Below are positions 58,791-64,000 of a DNA stretch of 64,000 bases, one piece after another. The position numbers and the translations under genes are program-made. The notes below the pieces were generated by a model. It was given only the letters and a program-made list of their open reading frames with translations. It did not search any database and was not told the origin of the DNA. The number at the start of each line of letters is the position of its first letter. Within the stretch, counting starts at the first letter, position 1. The stretch is from Candidatus Omnitrophota bacterium (lineage in GTDB: Bacteria; Omnitrophota; Omnitrophia; Omnitrophales; Aquincolibacteriaceae), in contig JAUYMS010000012.1 of the NCBI GenBank assembly GCA_030698625.1, positions 29,872-93,871 on the forward strand. The letters are read 5' to 3'.

Positions 58791-59558
58791 ATGAGTGCTT
58801 CTCCAAAACTCGTTATCCTAGCCATTCTAATGCTTCTCTTACAACCAGCGTGGGCCATTGAGCGCATAGAGCCGTGGCAAGAGGCTGTGCGGCTCAACAA
58901 TGAAGGTCTTAGACTGGAAGCTCAGGGCGACCTTCGCGAGGCCCGGGCTCAGTATGAAGAAGCGACCCGTCAAGACCCGAAGTTGGCCATTGCTTTCAGC
59001 AATCTCGGAAATCTCTACTATCAGGAGCAGAACTATGAGAAAGCGGCCCAGTTTTTTAAAAAGGCCGTTCGTTTGAAGCCTGATACCGCTGCTTTTCATA
59101 TCAATCTGGCTAACGTTTTCTACGCGGAAAAGGGCTATGACAAGGCTATTCGCGAGTACCAAATAGCCCTCAAATTAGACCCCGAAAATGCGGTAGCGGA
59201 ATCAAATCTGGGGGATACTTACCTGCAGAAAGGTGCTCTCAAGCTTGCGGGCCATCACCTGAGCCGTGCCGTGCAGAAGAATCCTGGGCTGAGTATTGCT
59301 CACTATAATAGGGGTATGCTCTTTCTGGCGGCCGGAAAGCGTCAGGAAGCTCGCGAGAGTCTCGAGCGTTCTCTGGAATTGAATCCCCTGTTTGCGGATA
59401 CCCACTTTCAGCTAGCCAAAATCTACGAAGATGAGTATAATACTGTGCTAGCTGTAAGGCACTTCGGGGCCTATCTTAAGATCGACAGACAAGGTCCGAA
59501 TGCACTGAAAGCGGCAAGGAGCATTCAGCGGTTGTCCCGCCAGCTTCCGCAGAGTTAG
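58791..59558 (+). CDS. exported tetratricopeptide repeat protein
   Basis: Signal peptide ending AWA, about six canonical TPRs (NLG..Y...A...Y..AL..DP). Confidence 0.9.
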   Translation: MSASPKLVILAILMLLLQPAWAIERIEPWQEAVRLNNEGLRLEAQGDLREARAQYEEATRQDPKLAIAFSNLGNLYYQEQNYEKAAQFFKKAVRLKPDTAAFHINLANVFYAEKGYDKAIREYQIALKLDPENAVAESNLGDTYLQKGALKLAGHHLSRAVQKNPGLSIAHYNRGMLFLAAGKRQEARESLERSLELNPLFADTHFQLAKIYEDEYNTVLAVRHFGAYLKIDRQGPNALKAARSIQRLSRQLPQS

Positions 59559-59667
59559 CCCGCAGAGCGCAGTCAGGTTCGGTTTCGTATTTTCCAAGTT
59601 CCTTGCGATAACGGGGGAGCTGTCTTAGATAAAAGCTGAAAGGCTTAATTTTTTAGGAGGAAGTGAT

Positions 59668-59940
59668 ATGTCTCAGCATGGCAGTTTAAGAGTCGATAGC
59701 GTCGGCAAAAAGCATCGCAATGTATTTAAGCGCCTTGAGCGTATTAAGCGTATGCAGGAACAAAACCGCTTTGCCGACAACCGGTCCATTTATAATCTCC
59801 CCAAGATCAAGTCGATCAAGATCAAGGTCAAGGCCACTGCTGTAAAAGCAGCAGAGGGTGAAGCCGGAGCCGCTGGAGCGGCTGGAGCAGCCGCGCCAGC
59901 ATTACCTGGCGCTCAATCTAAGGAAAAGGCGAAGAAGTAA
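59668..59940 (+). CDS. PVC superphylum small basic protein (TIGR04137-like)
   Basis: MS.H.SL.......RNV.KR.ERI......LPK; AGGAGG SD; Ala/Gly-rich tail. Confidence 0.82.
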   Translation: MSQHGSLRVDSVGKKHRNVFKRLERIKRMQEQNRFADNRSIYNLPKIKSIKIKVKATAVKAAEGEAGAAGAAGAAAPALPGAQSKEKAKK

Positions 59941-59945
59941 CCCCT

Positions 59946-60449
59946 GTGAATGCTTCCAAGATAAATATCAGACGTTTTACAGCCGGCGATGAGACCTCCG
60001 TTAAGAGCCTGATCAAAGAGATCATGGCTCATGAATTTAACGATGATCAGGGGGCATATCCGACTGAGGATATTGAAGAGGTGGAACGTTCTTACGGGGG
60101 ATTGGGAGAAGCATTTTTTGTTGCCGAGGATAATTCACAGATTGTTGGAACAGTTGCTATCAAGAAGGAAGACGATCGTGTCGCGCTTCTCAGGCGACTT
60201 TTCGTTGCAGCGGATTACCGCAAGCGTAAGATTGGGCTAGAACTCGTCGATCATGCCCTTGAGTTTTGTCACGAGGTGGGCTATGAGGAAATCATCTTTA
60301 GAACGACCTCCCGCATGCAGGCGGCCATCAAATTGTGTCAAAAATGCGGCTTTATTCCACGCGCAAAACTCAAATTGGGTCCTATCGAACTCTTAAAGTT
60401 CGCCTTGTCGATACGGGACGGTCGCAAGACCGCTAAGTCCCGTTCCTAA
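59946..60449 (+). CDS. GNAT family N-acetyltransferase
   Basis: IVGTV, RLFV...YR...IG..L, A..L..K.GF. Confidence 0.88.
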   Translation: MNASKINIRRFTAGDETSVKSLIKEIMAHEFNDDQGAYPTEDIEEVERSYGGLGEAFFVAEDNSQIVGTVAIKKEDDRVALLRRLFVAADYRKRKIGLELVDHALEFCHEVGYEEIIFRTTSRMQAAIKLCQKCGFIPRAKLKLGPIELLKFALSIRDGRKTAKSRS

Positions 60450-60459
60450 ACCGATCACT

Positions 60460-61458
60460 ATGGCATGGTTTTCACGTAAAAGAAAAGAAAAAGGCACGGA
60501 ATCCCTCAAGACGCTTTCCGAAGAGGAGATTCAACAAAAGCTCTACGGGCAGTTTGACCTGCGTAATACACTTGCCGAGGAGCCTGCTGAGGCCGAAGAC
60601 CCTGACTCAGAGTCCGATGGATCTGACAGCGGCCGGTTCGCGAAGCAGCCCGCCGTTCCGCCAACGCAGAATGCATTCGAGGAAAAAAAGCGCTTCGACC
60701 GCTTGACCATCGTCAAGGACGAAGACCTCAAAGTAGAGCCTACTCCCAAGATCATTAAGCACCCGAAGCGCCCGTCCAGAAAGCCGAGCTCCTTTAAGTT
60801 TAAGCTGATTTCTTTGAAGCCGATTCTGACGACATTGCGTATGGTGATAGTCGTCGTTTTGACGAAGGTAACAGAACTTCTCATCACGGGTATTCGTTTT
60901 CTGCTCAAGGGGATTAAATGGGTTGACCCCCGCAGACGCGCGGTCCGGCGGGTGATTTATTGGATGGCTGGCCTAGCCCTGGTTTTTTGTCTTTTTATGG
61001 GGATTCATATTTTGAATGTTCAGAGGGAAAAAGCGATGCGAAGCTCCGCGGGAGTATCTGCTGTCGCGCCGAAGTTTGAAAGGCGCACTACAGTGAATGC
61101 CGCAGAGTCGCCCTTAGTGGCGATTACCGGGCAAGAGGAAACAGTCGAGATTGCTCAGTCTGAATCCGAGGAAGAGTTAGATGCGTCCGTTTCTGGCGAC
61201 TCACCCGCATTACCGTATGTCATTCAGGTGGCCACGTATGTGGGGCCTCAAGACGCAGCACGAGTTTCAGAGGATCTGAGTGAGGCGAAATTTCCCGGTT
61301 TTGTACAAAAGCTAAGCCGCTCAGGTGGGAGAGTTTACTATTCCGTATTTTTAGGGCGCTATGCGACCTTTCAGGAAGCGCAAAATAAGCTTGTCCAGTT
61401 TCGCAAGCACCGCGCCTCACGACCCTTTTCCGACGCATTCATCCGCTCGCTGACCTAA
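60460..61458 (+). CDS. membrane-anchored SPOR-domain protein
   Basis: Cytoplasmic N-terminus, TM, C-terminal YVIQVATY...YY.V.LG.Y....A...F.DAFIR. Confidence 0.8.
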   Translation: MAWFSRKRKEKGTESLKTLSEEEIQQKLYGQFDLRNTLAEEPAEAEDPDSESDGSDSGRFAKQPAVPPTQNAFEEKKRFDRLTIVKDEDLKVEPTPKIIKHPKRPSRKPSSFKFKLISLKPILTTLRMVIVVVLTKVTELLITGIRFLLKGIKWVDPRRRAVRRVIYWMAGLALVFCLFMGIHILNVQREKAMRSSAGVSAVAPKFERRTTVNAAESPLVAITGQEETVEIAQSESEEELDASVSGDSPALPYVIQVATYVGPQDAARVSEDLSEAKFPGFVQKLSRSGGRVYYSVFLGRYATFQEAQNKLVQFRKHRASRPFSDAFIRSLT

Positions 61459-61462
61459 TTCT

Positions 61463-61825
61463 ATGTGGGACGGCCTAAATCATAGAAAGTTTCCCCGCTC
61501 CGCGCTTCGTTGCGAAATAGACGTTATTCCAAATGCGAAGGGCCGACGTATCCACGTGCAAACTCAGAACGTAGGTATTGGCGGTGTCTGCGTTATTTTG
61601 AACCGTTCTCTCCGGAGGTATAGTGAGTGCGGGATACGTCTCGAAGTAGACAAGGCTCAGCCCGAAATCAGGTGCAATGGGAAGGTTGTCTGGACCGTTG
61701 AGACGCGCGATGTACAGTCTGGCAAGAGTCACTACGATACGGGTATAGAATTTATAGATCTTCCGGCCGCAGGTCGTGAGCAGATCGTGAATCATATCGC
61801 CGTGCGAGCAGCCGGCAACGAGTAA
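61463..61825 (+). CDS. PilZ domain protein
   Basis: RKFPR (RxxxR), NVGIGG, GKVVW, GIEF. Confidence 0.85.
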   Translation: MWDGLNHRKFPRSALRCEIDVIPNAKGRRIHVQTQNVGIGGVCVILNRSLRRYSECGIRLEVDKAQPEIRCNGKVVWTVETRDVQSGKSHYDTGIEFIDLPAAGREQIVNHIAVRAAGNE

Positions 61826-61839
61826 GGGGCACTGGTTCT

Positions 61840-62334
61840 ATGGCGCAGTTTTCTTTTGATATCATTTCCAGGGTCGACTTCCAGGAAGTAGACAATGCCG
61901 TCAATCAAGCTGTTAAAGAGCTCCGAACGCGCTTTGATTTTAGAGGATCCAAGAGTTCGATTGAGTTTTTAAAAGACGACAATCGCATTCGGATCGTCGG
62001 AGATGACGACTTGAAACTCCGGAATCTGCAGGATATTCTCAAGACGCGCATTGCCGCCCGAAAGATCCCTATCAAAGCCCTCCAATTTGGGACCCCTGAA
62101 CAGGCCTTCGAAGGGACGCTGAGGCAGGACGTTGACCTGGTAAATGGGATTCCCCAGGACAAAGCCAAGGAATTGGTGAAGATTATCAAGGAATCGCGCT
62201 TGAAGGTACAGGTAAGCATTCAGGGTGATGAAATAAGGGTGACCTCAAAGAACAAAGATGATTTACAGTCTGTGATCCAGCTTCTGAATTCAAATCCGCT
62301 GGATATTCCGATTCAGTTCACTAACTATCGGTAG
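61840..62334 (+). CDS. yajQ: YajQ family nucleotide-binding protein
   Basis: SFDI.S..D.QEV.NAV, RFDF.G, IQG...RV..K..DDLQ, QF.NYR. Confidence 0.95.
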   Translation: MAQFSFDIISRVDFQEVDNAVNQAVKELRTRFDFRGSKSSIEFLKDDNRIRIVGDDDLKLRNLQDILKTRIAARKIPIKALQFGTPEQAFEGTLRQDVDLVNGIPQDKAKELVKIIKESRLKVQVSIQGDEIRVTSKNKDDLQSVIQLLNSNPLDIPIQFTNYR

Positions 62335-62436
62335 TCCTTAACTCTTTATAATGTAATATGTTAAAGTCATATTCTGAAGGTCTGAGCAAGACGTTTTTCG
62401 GCTCGAAAAAAAAGAAAAAAAAAGAGGGCGGGTCCC

Positions 62437-62465
62437 TTGTATTACCTAATACCCCATGCTATATT
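62437..62465 (+). promoter_or_regulatory. sigma70-type promoter with upstream A-tracts
   Basis: TTGTAT-17nt-(TG)cTATATT, preceded by A8-G-A9 (UP-element-like). Confidence 0.55.
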
Positions 62466-62571
62466 TGCTCTAGATCCCAAACGTGAGAAGTGAGCCTAGT
62501 TAAATTAAGAGATATTAAAAGTGCTTAAAAAAGACCCCAAACATAATTTAGACCAAGAAAGGAGGCAGCTT

Positions 62572-62964
62572 ATGGAGAAGGAAAGACGTAAATTCAAACG
62601 GTTTGATGCCTACATGAGTGTGAAATACCATGTAAATGACAATGATCAGATCCATGGGATCAGTCTCAGTAAGGATCTGTCTCGAGAGGGCATTAAGATC
62701 AATTCCAATCAGTCTTTTCAAAATGGAACCATGCTTGACCTACAGATTGACATACCGGATGATCCGAAGCCGATTCAGACGTCAGCAAAGGTGGTGTGGT
62801 CGCGTCCTTCAGTTGGAACCAATCAAGGCTATGACCAAGGTGTAAGATTTCTGATGATGGACCCTGTAGATAAGTTCCGGGTTCTTGATTATGCTTACAA
62901 TCATTGGCTTGAAAACAAGGTCAACGATTTTGGAGATCCGGAAGATATCTCGGAAATCGGTTAA
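62572..62964 (+). CDS. PilZ domain protein
   Basis: ERRKFKR, DLSREG, AKVVW, GVRF; AGGAGG SD supports ATG at 62572. Confidence 0.88.
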   Translation: MEKERRKFKRFDAYMSVKYHVNDNDQIHGISLSKDLSREGIKINSNQSFQNGTMLDLQIDIPDDPKPIQTSAKVVWSRPSVGTNQGYDQGVRFLMMDPVDKFRVLDYAYNHWLENKVNDFGDPEDISEIG

Positions 62965-63013
62965 CATCCGCAGCATCCCATAGCTTGCTATTCCTGCACC
63001 CGATTCATTCTCT

Positions 63014-64000
63014 ATGACGTTATCTGCTGTTCTCGCGATCGATCAGGGAACAACCGGGACAAGAGCAATACTCTACAGTTCTTCAGGCCGTCAGCTTGCG
63101 GCTGCTTACCAGGAATTTCGTCAATATTACCCCAGACCAGCCTGGGTCGAACATGATCCCTCCGAAATTTGGAAGTCCACAATTTCCGTTATCAGAAGAG
63201 CCCTTCAATCCGCGCGCCTTACAGGCGCTAGCATTGCCACTATCGGTATTACTAATCAGCGCGAAACTACAGTTTTGTGGGACAGGCGAACGGGTCGTCC
63301 TATAGGAAGGGCTATTGTTTGGCAGGATCGTCGCGGGGTTGTGGTCACAGATCGCTTGAAAAAAAGTGGACTGGAAGCCGTTTTTCGTCAGAAAACGGGA
63401 CTTGTCCTGGATCCCTATTTCTCAGGCCCAAAGATCGCTTGGCTTTTACAGCACGTTTCCGGTTTAAGACGAAGGGCAGCTCGTGGTGACATCTTTTTTG
63501 GGACCATTGACTCATGGCTCCTTTGGAAACTGACAGGCGGAAAGGTTCATGCTACCGATGTGACTAATGCCTCTCGAACACTTCTGTATAACATCCGCAG
63601 ATTGTGTTGGGACTCAGAGCTTATGAAAATCCTCAGAGTGCCAGCGACTATACTCCCCGAAGTCTATGAGTCAGGTACTCAGTTTGGCGCCACGGTGAAG
63701 CAGGGGCCCCTCATTTCAGGGATTCCGATCACGGCGATTATGGGAGACCAACAAGCGGCTTTGTACGGCCAGGCCTGTTATCGACGGGGAGAGACCAAGA
63801 ACACATATGGGACCGGTTGTTTTGTAGTCCAGAATATAGGCAAGCACATTGGGAGAATGCCCTTTGGGTTGTTGGTGACCGTTGCTTGCGATGAGGCAGG
63901 AAAGCCGGTGTACGCGCTTGAGGGATCCATCTTTATTGCCGGTGCGGCCGTACAATGGCTTCGTGACGGCCTTGGTTTTTTTAAACATGCCGGAGAAACG
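63014..64000 (+). CDS. glpK: glycerol kinase (3' end outside window; absent from the ORF track)
   Basis: Manual translation: LAIDQGTTGTR, WVEHDP, ITNQRET, WQD.R, TD.TNASRT, GDQQAAL.GQ, KNTYGTG, YALEGS. Confidence 0.95.
   Translation, partial: MTLSAVLAIDQGTTGTRAILYSSSGRQLAAAYQEFRQYYPRPAWVEHDPSEIWKSTISVIRRALQSARLTGASIATIGITNQRETTVLWDRRTGRPIGRAIVWQDRRGVVVTDRLKKSGLEAVFRQKTGLVLDPYFSGPKIAWLLQHVSGLRRRAARGDIFFGTIDSWLLWKLTGGKVHATDVTNASRTLLYNIRRLCWDSELMKILRVPATILPEVYESGTQFGATVKQGPLISGIPITAIMGDQQAALYGQACYRRGETKNTYGTGCFVVQNIGKHIGRMPFGLLVTVACDEAGKPVYALEGSIFIAGAAVQWLRDGLGFFKHAGET

Noticed and set aside
62406-62423. A8-G-A9 tract as a phase-variation switch
   Set aside because: It lies upstream of the -35, not in the spacer or a CDS; a UP element or bent DNA is the simpler explanation.
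63096-63988. Short ORFs listed in the track at the right end
   Set aside because: The region is the open glpK frame starting at 63014, which lacks a stop inside the window.

Overview
64 kb of gene-dense, almost entirely + strand bacterial chromosome made up mostly of housekeeping genes. Two PVC-superphylum signature families (a TIGR04137-like small basic protein and a Minf_1886/TIGR04138-like protein) and a secreted 1125-aa protein with the N-terminal domain I associate with Omnitrophota 'giant proteins' suggest Candidatus Omnitrophota (inference). In order: mla-type ABC genes, CHASE2-PP2C, late cobalamin genes (cobS-cobD-cbiB), trxB, rplU-rpmA-obgE-proBA-nadD, CNNM/CBS pair, a ParA-CBM48 operon, a truncated dcw cluster (mraZ-STAS-rsmH-ftsL-ftsI), gshB/gshA, tRNA-Pro(CGG), glycine cleavage operon, pcrA, the large secreted protein, peptidases, batD/E, trpBA, lepA/lepB, a frameshifted GH1 glycosidase, SPOR/TPR genes, PilZ-yajQ-PilZ and partial glpK. 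No CRISPR, integrase or transposase was seen. Best leads: (1) the secreted protein with a TIKI/TraB/ChaN-like N-terminal domain and cargo segments delimited by a repeated RSELR peptide (possible self-processing polyprotein); (2) a ParA fused to a glycogen-binding domain, followed by a partner with a ParB-like N-terminal peptide; (3) an ObgE with a non-canonical G3 motif; (4) a STAS gene lacking its phospho-Ser, inserted in the dcw operon; (5) gshAB interrupting dcw with a 146-nt antisense overlap; (6) a recurrent 27-bp intergenic motif and several apparently leaderless promoters. All family assignments come from reading motifs by eye; no database search was run.
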